Shown here: one piece after another, positions 63,240 through 64,000 of the stretch | Numbering within the stretch: position 1 is the first letter of the stretch | Layout of the letters: the number at the start of each line of letters is the position of its first letter | Origin: Octopus sinensis | Taxonomy: Eukaryota | Direction of reading: 5' to 3' | Assembly (NCBI RefSeq): GCF_006345805.1 | Contig: NC_043008.1 | Coordinates: 26,412,001-26,476,000, forward strand | DNA: 64,000 bases | The notes under the pieces: model-generated | The model's database searches: none | The model's input: only the letters and a program-made list of their open reading frames with translations | What the model was told of the DNA's origin: nothing | Made by a program: the position numbers and the translations under genes

Positions 63240-63335
63240 TCACTGTTGCAGGTGACACATGAAAAGAACCCATTTCATTCTGTAAAGTGGTTGGTGATGG
63301 GTTGGTCAGCCAGCCATAGAAACCATATCAAAATA
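63240..63335 (+). mobile_element. RTE 3' UTR fragment
   Basis: CATTCTGTAAAGTGGTTGGTG...CCAGCCATAGAAACC. Confidence 0.55.
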
Positions 63336-63354
63336 GATAGCAGAGTTTTTATAT

Positions 63355-63970
63355 TGAGGGAAAACTAACATTGGTAAAAGATTCCTGTCACTCTTAGTCA
63401 AACACTTCCCAGCAACTCACAGACAGAGGAAAATATTTAATAGGCATTCTGTGAAACTATCTTGTAGCTGCTACCCCAGTATGAAGAATATCATTACATG
63501 GGGTCAATACCAAGAACCTGAATCCAGTTACAACTGTTGCAACCCAGGATCCTGTCCACTTGACCAACGACGGTCAGGATCCTTTGCTGCAATCCTAAAT
63601 AATAGTATAACTGAGGAGGAGACCTATATTGGATTATGTCAAGGTGAATTTAAAAATTGCTATGCCAATCACTTCCGACATAGGGACGAAAGTAAAGCTA
63701 CTAAGTTGGCAAGTCATGTATGGAGTTTGAAAGATAATGAAACACCGCATGTGAGTAAACGGAAAGTAATTGAGAAATTCATACCTTATGTGAATGGATT
63801 GAATAAATGTAGACTTTGTTGCACTGAAAGATTGCAGATCCTCTTCAGATCTAAGATCTCTATCTCTCTATTGAACTCCAGGTCAGAAATTTTCAGTGGT
63901 TGCATGCATATGTATAAATATATTTTGAAGAATTGGAAAATCTTTCCAGCCTTATCATTTAAGGCCTAAG
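63355..63970 (+). mobile_element. Naiad-like PLE linker and GIY-YIG endonuclease, 5'-truncated
   Basis: TNIGKRFL..LVKHFP..H..RKIFN..SVKLSCSC, YNCCNPGSCPL, ETYIGLCQGEFKNCYANH, TKLASHVWSLK, CRLCCTE...LLNSRSEIFSGCMH; open frame 63451-63969. Confidence 0.85.
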
Positions 63971-64000
63971 GAAGATAGCACTTTTACCTTTTTACTTTTT

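Noticed and set aside
63962-64000. CTAAGGA after the Naiad-like ORF as the start of an HHR
   Set aside because: Core is mutated, no GAAA follows, and the window ends.

Overview
AT-rich, repeat-dominated eukaryotic DNA. The SINE, RTE and microsatellite content resembles a coleoid cephalopod, probably Octopus; this is recognition from memory, not a database result. It looks intronic or intergenic: no intact host gene is supported, and most ORFs in the track are microsatellite or antisense artefacts. Contents: a decayed Ty3/Gypsy pol; six Penelope-like element (PLE) fragments of two lineages (three Penelope/Poseidon-like, three resembling Naiad); a near-complete R4/Dong-like restriction-like-endonuclease LINE flanked by (TAA)n, plus two older fragments; many RTE LINE pieces; two mariner derivatives sharing one internal deletion; MITEs; a Helitron-like relic; and about 15 SINEs of three families. 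The main result is about ten type I hammerhead ribozyme (HHR) motifs or relics found by eye. Two close the 3' ends of PLEs, and one of these (32117-32184) has an intact catalytic core. Three lie inside non-coding fold-back elements with 90-190 bp inverted arms that end in (TA)n (4383-5119, 12158-13221, 51430-52009), a candidate family of non-autonomous, ribozyme-carrying, PLE-mobilised elements. All translations and alignments were done by hand; boundaries of decayed repeats are approximate (tens of bp).
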